This document shows, piece after piece, positions 11,906 through 22,333 of a stretch of 64,000 nt of DNA (position 1 is the stretch's first letter; the number at the start of each line of letters is the position of its first letter). The stretch covers positions 56,656 to 120,655 of IMG/VR virus record IMGVR_UViG_3300044638_006409. The stretch is one strand, 5' to 3'. The DNA is from a virus. Both the position numbers and the translations under genes were made by a program. A model generated the notes under the pieces. That model did no database searches. It saw only the letters and a list, made by a program, of their open reading frames with translations, and had not been told where the DNA came from.

Positions 11906-13120
11906 TTATAAATAATATAAAACATCCGCAGCCCCAATAAAAGTAGCATTTACACCTAATGGTGTTATACATAACCACATTTCATCTAAAGTACCATTAA
12001 CATTTGAACCAACTCTTATTTGATTGTCATCTAATTTAGTGGTCGTTAAAGCAGATGTACCAGCCTGACCAATTAATGATGTCATTACGTGTCCTGGTGT
12101 TGTTATTGTTGGAGTTCCATCACTTAAAGAATATTGAAAAGGTGAGTTAGGTATATCAGTCCAACTTGGCGTTGAAGATAATGTTGGATTGAATTCCATA
12201 GTCAACAAGTAATTATCGTTTGAAGTGTTTAAGATACTGATTGTGTCAAACTGAGATGTTACACCAATGTAATTTTGTTTTAATCTATATCCAATATATG
12301 GATATTTTGTACCTGAGGTAGCCATCGTGGTTGTTGCGGTGTAAGGAATTGAAACTGTTGAATATAAACCATTTAGAGCACCTTCAGTTGAAGTTTGAGA
12401 ACAAATCATATCAAAATAACCTGAACCAGCACCAACTTGTCTAATTTCATATCTTATTGGTTGATTTGGTGATGACATATAAACAGTTGGTATATTGTTT
12501 GCTGCGGTATAATCTAAAAAATAGAATGTTTGACCTGATAAAACCATACCAAATCTCACTCTACCTACACCTAACCATTGATAATCTACAGTCATTAGAT
12601 TTGTTTCAGCCCAATCAAAATTATTTGGGTCGAATTCGGTTGAGTTCCAAGTTGTTGAGTCAGCACTAAAAGTACAAGAACCACTTAAGAATATATTAAA
12701 TGTTATTGCACTAGTAACACCATTACTTTCCAAAAAGTAACCATCAAACACTGAATTATATGGTGAACCAGTAGTTGATTGAAAACAACCAATTCTTTTG
12801 ATTATATTAGTTTCAATTTGAAAATTACTAAAACTTCCCTCAAACAACTGACTTTTACCTGGTTGGTAAATTGGATGTGTTTTAGTTTTACGAATAACTA
12901 AATCGTTGTTAGCCGATGTTGACATTCTGACCCTCGCATATTGTTGACTAAATACTGATGTTGCAGTACCTGCAGTTACTTCACTAACCTGAAGTGGATT
13001 TTTATCAAATGTATGTTTAATATCCAAAAGATTTTGAACTGCGGCAGTCCTTAATCTACCGAATGCGTCCAAGTTAGGACCATCAGAATATTTTACTGAA
13101 TTATTAAAAATGTATGCCAT
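11906..13120 (-). CDS. Virion protein with a lectin/ConA-like beta-sandwich (possible tail fibre or receptor-binding component)
   Basis: DAFGRLR, YQPGKSQL and DYQWLGVGRVRFG motifs seen in phage structural proteins. Beta-rich. Confidence 0.5.
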   Translation of the reverse strand: MAYIFNNSVKYSDGPNLDAFGRLRTAAVQNLLDIKHTFDKNPLQVSEVTAGTATSVFSQQYARVRMSTSANNDLVIRKTKTHPIYQPGKSQLFEGSFSNFQIETNIIKRIGCFQSTTGSPYNSVFDGYFLESNGVTSAITFNIFLSGSCTFSADSTTWNSTEFDPNNFDWAETNLMTVDYQWLGVGRVRFGMVLSGQTFYFLDYTAANNIPTVYMSSPNQPIRYEIRQVGAGSGYFDMICSQTSTEGALNGLYSTVSIPYTATTTMATSGTKYPYIGYRLKQNYIGVTSQFDTISILNTSNDNYLLTMEFNPTLSSTPSWTDIPNSPFQYSLSDGTPTITTPGHVMTSLIGQAGTSALTTTKLDDNQIRVGSNVNGTLDEMWLCITPLGVNATFIGAADVLYYL

Positions 13121-13121
13121 A

Positions 13122-13937
13122 TTATATTATCCACCAATTATTATTTCTTGCCACAAATGTAAGTGACATATAGTTTATGTTCATATCAATGTAAGAGTTT
13201 CCATCTATTGTACCTGAGACTGGTGTAACACGAATTCTATAAGAACCTGCATAACCACCTTCGTCTTTGATTGTTAATTTATATCCTTGAATACCTGAGG
13301 GTGAAAATAAAGTGACATCAACATTACCTGAGTAACTTATTCCATTATAACTATAACCTGTAACTAATGTAATAGCTGAAGTTGATATACCAGTTGTTGA
13401 TTCGGTGGAAGTACCTACACCTATAACATTAAAAGTACCACCAGTATTATTTACAAGTGTTAATGTTCCCGCCGAAAATGTACCACCAGTAACCCTTATG
13501 TCCGTTGGTAAATTTTGATATGTCGTTGCTGATATTGTTCCACTATTAGTTGTTCCCGTGACTGATAAATTTCCATTAATTGTTAAACCAGTCATAGTAT
13601 TAACATTTACAGAAAATGAACTTCCATCACTTTCAGATAAAGTAAATGTATTATTATTGTAAGTAAAAGCGGTAACACTTGTGTCTGTAAATCCTGTAAC
13701 AAATCCTGAAACTGAAAAAGTACCACCAGAACTATTAGTAAATGTTATTACACCAGTTGAGGAATTATAAGTACCACCAGTAATGTATACTGATTGTACT
13801 AAATTAGTAACTTGTTGAATTGTTGCTTTATAAGAAGAACCTGCAGGATTTTGTGATGTATCTCCTGTTATAACAATGTGAATCAAATCATTAAATGTTA
13901 CACCAGTTGCTAAAGTTCTATCGGTAAGAAATGCCAT
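13122..13937 (-). CDS. Tail fibre-like protein
   Basis: Repeated (I/V)TGGT(Y/F)..GT.T..N..GGTF.V units. C-terminal IKDEGG...IDG...NNWWII domain. Confidence 0.6.
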   Translation of the reverse strand: MAFLTDRTLATGVTFNDLIHIVITGDTSQNPAGSSYKATIQQVTNLVQSVYITGGTYNSSTGVITFTNSSGGTFSVSGFVTGFTDTSVTAFTYNNNTFTLSESDGSSFSVNVNTMTGLTINGNLSVTGTTNSGTISATTYQNLPTDIRVTGGTFSAGTLTLVNNTGGTFNVIGVGTSTESTTGISTSAITLVTGYSYNGISYSGNVDVTLFSPSGIQGYKLTIKDEGGYAGSYRIRVTPVSGTIDGNSYIDMNINYMSLTFVARNNNWWII

Positions 13938-13957
13938 TCTTTTTTATTTATAAATAC

Positions 13958-14257
13958 TTAAGACATAAAGAAATATCCAACACCATCCATAAAAAAGAAA
14001 TCATCCAAATCCATAAAGTCTTTTATATCATCACTACAATATATAACCTTAAATTTTTCACACCCATCCGCTGTTATTACTTTAACACCAATTGCTGGTG
14101 CTGTATTAAATTGTGGTGGGAGAACGAATGTATTATTTAATGGGACATAAGTATCAATGTACGCAACTAAAATACATTGACTACCAAATATATCACATAT
14201 ATAAATTGTGTATGGATAATTTAAACCAGCTATTTGAGTGAATTGAAGTGAGGTCAT
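13958..14257 (-). CDS. Small structural protein, paralogue of 16194-16409
   Basis: PYTIYICD...CILV..I motif shared with 16194-16409. Confidence 0.5.
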   Translation of the reverse strand: MTSLQFTQIAGLNYPYTIYICDIFGSQCILVAYIDTYVPLNNTFVLPPQFNTAPAIGVKVITADGCEKFKVIYCSDDIKDFMDLDDFFFMDGVGYFFMS

Positions 14258-14279
14258 ATACTCTTAAATATCCTCCTAC

Positions 14280-16190
14280 TTATATTCCTGTGAGTGTACT
14301 GAACACCCCAAAACAATCATCACAACTATCATAGAAGTTGAAACCATATTCTGGGAAATAATTACCTGAGAAGTTACTATATATTGAACTAGGTGGTAAA
14401 TCAGGATAAGTCACAGAATAGTATAGGAATTGCCAACATTCATTGAATTCAAAAGCCTCAGGGTCTTTGAACACTTGACCCTCTGTCGAAGTTGGGCCAG
14501 GTAAAGTTTGAATTATATACTGATTAGTTCCACATTTTTGATATACATAATAACCAATTGCAACGGATGGTGTTGGTGTAGGTGTAATTGTTGGTGTAAT
14601 ACTTGGAGTGGATGATATTGTAGGTGTTACGGTTACATTTGGAGTACACAAATAACATTCATTCAAATTTGAGAAACCTAAAGGTCCGTCAGTAACATCA
14701 ATTATGTCAACCCCTATTACACTCAAGTTGATACCAACAAAGGATACACATTTTGATACTCCATTTATGTCTGCTTTATAAATTGCAAACTTAGTCAAAG
14801 TTCCACCAGATGGTAAAGGAATAGGTAAAGTTGTATAATACATTTGTCCATTGTAACAATCTTGAAATTGTTTACTCATAGGACAGATTATATCACCTTG
14901 AACTGTATTGAACACAACATTACCTGATATACTACAAGCATATGTTACAGCAGGCGTTGGAGTTGGTGTGGGTGTTTGTGTTGAAGTTGGTGTTGGTGTG
15001 TACCCAGTTATTGTCACATCTACAGCTCTACCACCACAAGGATCACTTGGAGTTGGTGTTGGAGTTATTGTTGGTGTTACTGAAATTGTTGGGGTTACAC
15101 TTGGAGTTGGTGTGACTTCACAATCAAATATTGCAGAAAAATCTAAAACAGAACAATTTACTGTTGGTGTTGGAGTTGGTGTGGGACAATTACCACTGAA
15201 AACATAATCATCACACAAATCAGGACAATTTGAGTTACACGGATAAGGTCCTTCCAAAAGACAGAAACCACCCAATGTAGTTGATAAACACCAAGTACCT
15301 CCCGTTGTGTAATATATGAAATCACCATTTGTAATTCCTGACCAATATGTGTCACCATTATAAGTACCTGCTGATACAAAGTTGTCATCATAACCTAAAC
15401 CTGTATTTGTTATACAATAAGTTGGTGGACATCCTGAACAAACAAATGAAGTTGTCGTGACATATGCTGAAAATCCATTTGTTAAAATTGTATCATCAAT
15501 AAGTAAAGTTGCATTAGTTGGACAATAACCTGTTGTGAATCCGTAACCTCCCAAATCAAATGTTTCAGGTGTTGTCAAATTATTTAAAAACCATTGTTGC
15601 AAAAATAAATCCCAAAAAAGTATTATTGTTTCTCCTTGAAAATTATCAAATATGTAATATTGTCTTCCGTTTATTATTGATTCAGTAAATAAACTTCTAT
15701 AATAATTTAGCTCAAAGTTTTCAACATGAAGTAAAATACAACATTCCTCTATGTCACACTGGTTATTAGCTATACAATCATTACAATCCACATATGTAGA
15801 ACCTGAAGCAAATACTGTATACTCTGTGTATATTGCAGAATCAGTAATACTTTGAGTTTTATAACAACCATACAGATAATCAACTCCATTAGCTCTTCCA
15901 ATGTAACCCATATTAGTGAACACACCCGATGGTGATAAAGTTGACCCAGTAACAACAGCTACACTTATGTCAGTTCCATCACAACATCCTTGCCAATTCA
16001 AATATCCATCTAAAGCGCCCAAATTTGTTAAAACCAAATCTACTGATGGTGATGTTACTCCTGAACCAGCAATATAATAAGTTACATTAGGTGGTAAGAA
16101 TATTGTGTGTTGATTACCCAAGTAATTTGTAAAAGTAAAACCTGAATATATCGTAGACGCTGTATTGACAATGGTATAACCTGAACTCAT
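14280..16190 (-). CDS. Cys-rich structural protein with Pro-Thr linkers
   Basis: Several TPTPTP tracts separating Cys-rich modules. Confidence 0.6.
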   Translation of the reverse strand: MSSGYTIVNTASTIYSGFTFTNYLGNQHTIFLPPNVTYYIAGSGVTSPSVDLVLTNLGALDGYLNWQGCCDGTDISVAVVTGSTLSPSGVFTNMGYIGRANGVDYLYGCYKTQSITDSAIYTEYTVFASGSTYVDCNDCIANNQCDIEECCILLHVENFELNYYRSLFTESIINGRQYYIFDNFQGETIILFWDLFLQQWFLNNLTTPETFDLGGYGFTTGYCPTNATLLIDDTILTNGFSAYVTTTSFVCSGCPPTYCITNTGLGYDDNFVSAGTYNGDTYWSGITNGDFIYYTTGGTWCLSTTLGGFCLLEGPYPCNSNCPDLCDDYVFSGNCPTPTPTPTVNCSVLDFSAIFDCEVTPTPSVTPTISVTPTITPTPTPSDPCGGRAVDVTITGYTPTPTSTQTPTPTPTPAVTYACSISGNVVFNTVQGDIICPMSKQFQDCYNGQMYYTTLPIPLPSGGTLTKFAIYKADINGVSKCVSFVGINLSVIGVDIIDVTDGPLGFSNLNECYLCTPNVTVTPTISSTPSITPTITPTPTPSVAIGYYVYQKCGTNQYIIQTLPGPTSTEGQVFKDPEAFEFNECWQFLYYSVTYPDLPPSSIYSNFSGNYFPEYGFNFYDSCDDCFGVFSTLTGI

Positions 16191-16193
16191 TTA

Positions 16194-16409
16194 TTATACT
16201 ACTAAATTGGAGATTATTTCACAATTATTATCGTCAACAACTTTAAGGTTATATGATAGTTGACCATCCATAATTAGAGGTACATCAAAAGAATAAGTCC
16301 CACCAGTTATGGTATTTACATACACACAAGTTGTTAGGGGATCATCACATAAATAAATGTCAAAAGGTGTTGCACCTGAAACTCCATTTATTGTTATCGT
16401 TGTTGGCAT
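16194..16409 (-). CDS. Small structural protein
   Basis: PFDIYLCD...CVYV..I motif. TATTTAT motif 19 nt upstream. Confidence 0.55.
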   Translation of the reverse strand: MPTTITINGVSGATPFDIYLCDDPLTTCVYVNTITGGTYSFDVPLIMDGQLSYNLKVVDDNNCEIISNLVV

Positions 16410-16462
16410 TTGACAAAATTGTTTTTTATAAATATATTAGGTAGTAAAACTTTGTGAATATT

Positions 16463-17365
16463 ATGGCTGACGATAATGAAATAATAGTAGATTTACTCAA
16501 TGACATATTTGGAAAGGAAAAACAACATTATGAGTCCAAATGTCAAGTTTCATACAATTGTCCTAATTGTGATGAAGGTAAAAATAAGGGTAATTTGGAG
16601 ATTAATTATTTCAAACATCTATTTCATTGTTGGAGTTGTGGTGATACGGACAATATGCACGGGTCACTTGGAAAGTTGATAAAAAAATATGGTAAAAAAT
16701 CACATTATAAAACATATTCCATATTAGCCCCTGAGGAAAACAAACCAACCAATTATAAAAAAACTCAAAAACTTAAATTACCTGAACATTTTAAAAAGTT
16801 CAACGAAGTTTCAAGTATCTATCCTGTAAGAAGACAAGCCTACAATTATTTAACTAATAGAGGCATTACTGATGAAATTATTGAAAGATATGGTATTGGA
16901 TTTTGTGATAATGGTAGTCACGCAGGTAGAATTATAATTCCATCTTATGATAAAAAAGACGAATTAAATTATTATATTGCGAGAAGTTGGGATTTACATA
17001 CTAAGGCCAAATATAAGAACCCTGAATCAGCCAAAGATGAAATTATTTTTTTTGAGAGTTTGATTGATTGGGAAAAAGATATTACCTTGGTTGAGGGAGC
17101 ATTTGATTCTATCTTTATACCAAATAGTATTCCGATGTTAGGGAAACATATGAGTTCGTTATTATTTAATACTTTATATGACAAAGCTAAAGGAAATATA
17201 ACAATTGCATTGGATGGTGATGCTTATGATAATGCTGTAAGTTTGTACCACGAGTTAAATGGTGGTGAATTATATGGAAGAATAAAGATTGTAAAATTAC
17301 CACTTGATAAGGACATTGCTGATTTGAGGGGAAACATAAATGAATATTACATAACAATAAGATGA
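16463..17365 (+). CDS. DNA primase (Zn finger + TOPRIM)
   Basis: CPNC...HCWSC zinc finger, RIIIP, KYKNP, LVEGAFD, ALDGDA and KDIAD motifs. Confidence 0.85.
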   Translation: MADDNEIIVDLLNDIFGKEKQHYESKCQVSYNCPNCDEGKNKGNLEINYFKHLFHCWSCGDTDNMHGSLGKLIKKYGKKSHYKTYSILAPEENKPTNYKKTQKLKLPEHFKKFNEVSSIYPVRRQAYNYLTNRGITDEIIERYGIGFCDNGSHAGRIIIPSYDKKDELNYYIARSWDLHTKAKYKNPESAKDEIIFFESLIDWEKDITLVEGAFDSIFIPNSIPMLGKHMSSLLFNTLYDKAKGNITIALDGDAYDNAVSLYHELNGGELYGRIKIVKLPLDKDIADLRGNINEYYITIR

Positions 17366-18207
17366 CAGATTTATATAAAGTAAGAGATGAGATATTGGAA
17401 ATAGTGGGGAATAGACAAAAAGAACTACAACTTACATTTGAGGAAGAAGCTCATAAATATACAATGTTGGATATCAATGGAAAACTGAAAGATGATTGGT
17501 ATTCCGTATCAAAGATTATTAAAAAATATTACGATGAGTTTCCAGCTGAAGAAATTGCATTAAAAAAGGCCAAAGGTGATGTTGAAGAACAACAAAAATT
17601 ATTAAAAGAATGGGCTGATGCTGGTACATATTCTACTAACTTGGGGAGTAGAACTCACTATTTGTTGGAACAAAAATCATTGGAAATGTTTGATATCGAA
17701 AAAGAAGTTAGACAACCCATATTTGATTGTGATTTTGAACAAATATTGAAGAGTGATAGAATGGTTAGTGCTGGTGGTAATTATTTGGAATTAATGAAAG
17801 AAAGAGGTGCGGTTTTACTAGATACTGAAATGGTATTAGGTGATAACGAATTACAATATGTTGGACAACCCGACCAAATGTGGTTAATTGAAAATAAAGA
17901 AAAAAACCAAATAGGTATTTTCTGTGGTGATTATAAAACTAACAAACCAAAAAACTTTGAATCTAATCAATTTACCAAACCAATGAAGTACCCCTTCAAT
18001 AAATTACCAAATAATGCTTTGGGACACTATTACATTCAACTTCCACTATATTTAAGATTATTATTTAAGATGTTGAAAGGAAGTAAATATGAAAAAATTG
18101 GACTATTTGGGGCTATAATAGTATTGTTAAAAGACAATGGTACATTTGAAGAATTTAGAATTCCTATGTCGGTTATAACTCAGGTGATGAATCTTAAAAT
18201 ATTTTAA
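17362..18207 (+). CDS. PD-(D/E)XK exonuclease (Cas4/RecB-like)
   Basis: LGSRTH, GQPD, DYKTNK and Y.IQL..Y motifs. Confidence 0.75.
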   Translation: MTDLYKVRDEILEIVGNRQKELQLTFEEEAHKYTMLDINGKLKDDWYSVSKIIKKYYDEFPAEEIALKKAKGDVEEQQKLLKEWADAGTYSTNLGSRTHYLLEQKSLEMFDIEKEVRQPIFDCDFEQILKSDRMVSAGGNYLELMKERGAVLLDTEMVLGDNELQYVGQPDQMWLIENKEKNQIGIFCGDYKTNKPKNFESNQFTKPMKYPFNKLPNNALGHYYIQLPLYLRLLFKMLKGSKYEKIGLFGAIIVLLKDNGTFEEFRIPMSVITQVMNLKIF

Positions 18208-18212
18208 AACAT

Positions 18213-18926
18213 ATGCAAAAATTAATACTTGGTGATTGTTTAGAAATGATGAAATCAATCGAATCTGATTCAGTTGATGTTATTGTAACTTCCCCACCAT
18301 ACAACAAAAAAGGTCTTGTTGGAGGAAAAATTAAACCTGGTAATCAAGTATGGAAAAAATTTAACATAGATTATTCTGAGTATGACGATAATCTTTCAGA
18401 AAGTGACTATAATGATTGGATGGTCACAATCTTGAATGAGATGATGCGAATAATTAAACCTACAGGGTCTATATTTTTTAACCATAAACCTAGACGACAC
18501 AATAACAAAGTTCATTTACCAACTGATTTTATCAGTAAGTCAAATCTTTCATTATATCAATTGATAATTTGGAATAGACTATCAAGTCCAAATATTCGAA
18601 AAGATGTTTTGTTACCTTGTACTGAACACATTTATTGGTTGACAAAAGGAAAACCTAAAACATACAAGGAAAATTTAGATAAACAATTTCATTCTGAAAT
18701 TTGGACGATAAATCCTGATAAGGGGAGTGAACATCCCGCCCCTTTTCCTGAAAAGTTGGTCGAAAATTGTATTCTTTTGACCACAGAAGTTAATGATTTG
18801 GTAGTAGACCCATTTTTAGGTTCGGGCACAACAACTAAGGTAGCTAAGACTTTAGATAGACATTATATAGGAATTGAACTTGATAAAAAATACTATGAAA
18901 TAGCGGAATCAAGACTAAACAAATAG
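18213..18926 (+). CDS. Amino (N4-C/N6-A) DNA methyltransferase, beta class
   Basis: TSPPY, HPAPFP and DPFLGSGTT motifs. Confidence 0.9.
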   Translation: MQKLILGDCLEMMKSIESDSVDVIVTSPPYNKKGLVGGKIKPGNQVWKKFNIDYSEYDDNLSESDYNDWMVTILNEMMRIIKPTGSIFFNHKPRRHNNKVHLPTDFISKSNLSLYQLIIWNRLSSPNIRKDVLLPCTEHIYWLTKGKPKTYKENLDKQFHSEIWTINPDKGSEHPAPFPEKLVENCILLTTEVNDLVVDPFLGSGTTTKVAKTLDRHYIGIELDKKYYEIAESRLNK

Positions 18927-19541
18927 ATTCTTATGTATATGCCATAAAACATTGTATCTATTTGTTTTACTCCTTTTACCCTCTCTTTGAAAGTGAAAAT
19001 AAGTTTTTTTATTTTCATCTTTAAGATGAATACCACCATTCATAAAAATCCATTCACACTTGGAAATTCTGTTTATTATTTCTTGATAAGTTAATTCGTA
19101 CTCGTTGTTTTTCTTAATATCATTAAAAATGATATGTGTGATATTATGACCATTTCTAACTATCAAATCAATAATTCTTTCCTTGTTTTCATCTAAAAAA
19201 ACTTTGAAAGAATCTACTAATTTTGAATCTATTTGATTAATCTGATATCTATCACGACCATAGTTATTCATAGTTTCATTACCACAAAACAACTTTATAA
19301 ATTCAACACAATTAGAATTCATATCAAAACTTTCTATGAAACTTTTCTGAGTAGTTAGATGAACTTGTGTACTAACACCACTTGCATTTTTTATACTTAC
19401 ATTTTTTTCGTTACTAAAACCATCTATCTTTGTTTTAGAACCACCCAACTGAACTAAATTGTGTTTATCACACACCATTTTTTCTTTGATTGTGGAATAT
19501 TCTTCTCGTATTTTGAACCCATCTTCTTTGGATAACGCCAT
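18915..19541 (-). CDS. Putative type II restriction endonuclease
   Basis: Convergent with and overlapping the MTase. E...KTKIDG...VSIK PD-(D/E)XK-like signature and HFQREG. Confidence 0.6.
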   Translation of the reverse strand: MALSKEDGFKIREEYSTIKEKMVCDKHNLVQLGGSKTKIDGFSNEKNVSIKNASGVSTQVHLTTQKSFIESFDMNSNCVEFIKLFCGNETMNNYGRDRYQINQIDSKLVDSFKVFLDENKERIIDLIVRNGHNITHIIFNDIKKNNEYELTYQEIINRISKCEWIFMNGGIHLKDENKKTYFHFQREGKRSKTNRYNVLWHIHKNLFV

Positions 19542-19676
19542 AGTTTTTTCTTTTAAAGATATAACATTTTAATTAGATTTATATTATAGTGTGTATATTT
19601 TTTTATCTTAAACTTGTATAAGTTGATTTTAAAAAACAAATTTCATATCCTTATCCTATAATCAAAAATAAAAAAA

Positions 19677-19862
19677 ATGGAACTATTAGAAGACTCAAAA
19701 ACGGAAACGGAAAAAGATTATTTTGATGAATTTAAACTAGTAATGAAAAAGTTGAAAAAAAAATATACCATTATTTATAATGGTGTTAAGTTTGTCTCTG
19801 ATAGAGAAATAGTAGGTATTGAACCTGAAACATATAAATTAATTTACAAAAACAATAATTAA
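19677..19862 (+). CDS. Hypothetical protein
   Basis: ORF downstream of a promoter-like AT-rich region. Confidence 0.5.
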   Translation: MELLEDSKTETEKDYFDEFKLVMKKLKKKYTIIYNGVKFVSDREIVGIEPETYKLIYKNNN

Positions 19863-19864
19863 AA

Positions 19865-20137
19865 ATGGAAAACCAGAAATTAGAATCAGTTGAAGTTTCA
19901 GTTTATGAATCTTTTACAACTTACCTTAGAAAAAAACCATTGGTTATTAACATTACAGATTATCCTGAATTGGATGGTATGGATGAAGACCAAATCCAAG
20001 CTTATATTTTGGAAAATGGTTGGGATATGAAACCTATGGATGGTAATGTTTATGAAAGTTTGATGGAAGAACTTAATAACCAAGATACCGAATGGGATAA
20101 AATTGATAATGAAGATTTTAATATAATTGTAGAATAA
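19865..20137 (+). CDS. Hypothetical acidic protein
   Basis: ORF in a tightly packed operon. Confidence 0.55.
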   Translation: MENQKLESVEVSVYESFTTYLRKKPLVINITDYPELDGMDEDQIQAYILENGWDMKPMDGNVYESLMEELNNQDTEWDKIDNEDFNIIVE

Positions 20138-20138
20138 T

Positions 20139-20369
20139 ATGGATAACCTAATTAATACAGAACAAAACCTACCAAAAATTGACCTTAAAGAACAACCAAC
20201 TATTACCTGTGAGGAGTGTGGGTCAAAATACTTTAAAGAAGTAGTTCTAATCAAAAAAGTTTCTAAAATGTTAATAGGTAGTTTTGAAGATACCTTAGTA
20301 CCATTCCCAACTTATCGTTGTGATGATTGTGGACACGTTAATCCCGACTTCGAATTATTTGATAAATGA
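20139..20369 (+). CDS. Small zinc-ribbon protein
   Basis: CEECG...CDDCGH. Confidence 0.65.
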   Translation: MDNLINTEQNLPKIDLKEQPTITCEECGSKYFKEVVLIKKVSKMLIGSFEDTLVPFPTYRCDDCGHVNPDFELFDK

Positions 20370-20569
20370 TAGATAACAAGATATTATTGGAAACTTATAT
20401 GATTGGTTTCTCTGACGAGTTGAAAGGTGAAACAAGGGAATTCAAAGACCCAATGTTAATAAGAGCATATGAGTTGGGAAAAGTTGATGCCTTTGTTGGT
20501 GATGATGTTATGTCCGTTAATTACCAATCTGACGAACATTTATTAAAACGAATTAAAAATTATGATTAA
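20366..20569 (+). CDS. Hypothetical protein
   Basis: ATGA-coupled ORF. Confidence 0.5.
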   Translation: MIDNKILLETYMIGFSDELKGETREFKDPMLIRAYELGKVDAFVGDDVMSVNYQSDEHLLKRIKNYD

Positions 20570-21338
20570 AAAATTGGTTCATTTTTCAGATTTACATTTG
20601 AGATTAATAAAAGACCACGACCTATATAAAACAATCCTAACGGATATGTTTAATCAATTCAAGGAAATAAAGCCTGATAGAGTCGTATTTAGTGGTGACC
20701 TAGTCCATAGTAAAAACCAAGTCAGTCCTGAACTTATTGAAATGGTAAGGTGGGTATTGGATGAGTGTTCAAAGATAGCCAAAACAATTATCATTGTTGG
20801 AAATCACGATATGTTAGAGAATAACTTATCAAGGTTGGATACATTAACCCCCATCATTCAATCAATGGACAATGACAATATTGTTTATTACAAGGATAGA
20901 GGTGTGTATCAAGACGAGAATATAGATTGGGTTGTTTATTCATTATTTGAACATAACATTCCACCAGTTATAGAGAAGTCAGACAGATTAAAGATTGGGT
21001 TATTTCACGGACCTATTGTTGGTTTATACACAGATATTGGATATAAGTTTGAGACAGGATATGAGGTCAGTAAGTTTGAAGGATGTGATATTGTTCTATG
21101 TGGTGATATACATGCCAGACAAACGATTTATTTGGATAAAACACCAATAATCCAAGTAGGCTCAACAATCCAACAAAACTTTGGGGAATCTTTACGGAAA
21201 CACGGATTTGGAATATATGATGTTATTAAAGATGATTATTCATTTGTTGACTTGAATAATCCTCGACCATTCCTTAAGTTTGAGATGAACTCATTTGAAG
21301 ATATTATTGATGGAAAAGAAAAATTACTTAACGCTTAA
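20562..21338 (+). CDS. SbcD/Mre11 (gp47-like) metallophosphoesterase nuclease
   Basis: SDLH, SGDL, GNHD, FHG and GDIH motifs. SbcC gene downstream. Confidence 0.85.
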   Translation: MIKKLVHFSDLHLRLIKDHDLYKTILTDMFNQFKEIKPDRVVFSGDLVHSKNQVSPELIEMVRWVLDECSKIAKTIIIVGNHDMLENNLSRLDTLTPIIQSMDNDNIVYYKDRGVYQDENIDWVVYSLFEHNIPPVIEKSDRLKIGLFHGPIVGLYTDIGYKFETGYEVSKFEGCDIVLCGDIHARQTIYLDKTPIIQVGSTIQQNFGESLRKHGFGIYDVIKDDYSFVDLNNPRPFLKFEMNSFEDIIDGKEKLLNA

Positions 21339-21996
21339 CAAACAAAACCAAAAGGATTTAACTGATTATTGTAAGTTAAATGATATTGAAGATGTTGATA
21401 AGTTCTTTCAAAAATGTTTTAAGAGGGGGTATGATATTGAGAGATATGGTTTAATGGGTGATAACTCAGAAAAAATTATTGAATATGTTGAGAAAGAAAT
21501 TCCGGTTGAGATTATTAAATATGTGGAGAAAGAAACGATTAAAGAGATTCCAATCGAGGTCGTTAAAGAGGTTGAAAAGGAAGTTATTAAAACCGTGTAT
21601 GTTGAAAAAGAAATCCCAATCGAGAAGATAGTTGAGATAACAAAAGAAGTTGTTGTAGAAAAGGTTGTCGAAGTAATAAAGGAAGTTCCAATATTCATAT
21701 CAGGTGAGACAATACCCCAAATAATCGAAAGGATTGTTGAAATACCAATTGAGATTGAAAAAATAGTTGAAGTTCAAGTAGAAGTCGAAAAAATTGTTGA
21801 GGTTATCAAAGAAGTTGAAAAACCAAATGATAAGATGGGAATGTTACAAGAAACTTTAATGAAGTTGAGAAGAGAGATGGGGGATAAAGATAAGACAATA
21901 ACTGAACTTAATAACAAGATTGAACAACTAGAGAAACTAGTATCAAATACTGGTGCTGTTTATATGAAAGGTTCTAATCTTTCACAAAATCTTTAA
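21310..21996 (+). CDS. Protein with EK(I/V)VE repeats and a C-terminal coiled coil
   Basis: Low-complexity VEKEIPIEKIVE repeats. Confidence 0.6.
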   Translation: MEKKNYLTLNKQNQKDLTDYCKLNDIEDVDKFFQKCFKRGYDIERYGLMGDNSEKIIEYVEKEIPVEIIKYVEKETIKEIPIEVVKEVEKEVIKTVYVEKEIPIEKIVEITKEVVVEKVVEVIKEVPIFISGETIPQIIERIVEIPIEIEKIVEVQVEVEKIVEVIKEVEKPNDKMGMLQETLMKLRREMGDKDKTITELNNKIEQLEKLVSNTGAVYMKGSNLSQNL

Positions 21997-22033
21997 TTTT
22001 TAATTAGTCCCACTATTTTAATATAAAAAAGTA

Positions 22034-22333
22034 GTGGGATTTGTTTACTTTATAAAAGACAACTCAGACCAAGTTAAGATTGGTTACACAAAAAGAAATG
22101 TAAAAGATAGGGTTAAAGAGTTGAACTCACCAAATTTAATTACTATACTTGAATTTGAGACAAAGTACCCCACACAACTCGAAAAAGCATTACATTTCAG
22201 GTTCAAAAAACATAATATTGAAAGAGAATGGTTTTGTTTGGATGACTTCAAGGTTGAAGAACTGAAACAGATATGTGAAATGTTGAATGAGGGACTTTGT
22301 GCAATAAAAGAAAACAATTATTTCAAATTATGA
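22034..22333 (+). CDS. GIY-YIG / T5orf172-like nuclease domain protein
   Basis: VYFI..., VKIGYT, R..EL, E..LH and EWF motifs. Confidence 0.75.
   Translation: MGFVYFIKDNSDQVKIGYTKRNVKDRVKELNSPNLITILEFETKYPTQLEKALHFRFKKHNIEREWFCLDDFKVEELKQICEMLNEGLCAIKENNYFKL

Noticed and set aside
5986-15391. Antisense ORFs rich in GVGVGV (5986-6174, 10449-10721, 14908-15207 and similar)
   Set aside because: They are shadows of Pro-Thr repeats encoded on the opposite strand.
17362-18207. Cas4 as part of a CRISPR system
   Set aside because: It lacks the four-Cys Fe-S pattern and any cas neighbours. It fits a phage replication exonuclease next to primase.
21480-21820. Repeat array resembling CRISPR or a tandem repeat
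   Set aside because: These are degenerate coding repeats (EKIVE) with no constant repeat-spacer structure. No CRISPR array or cas operon is visible.
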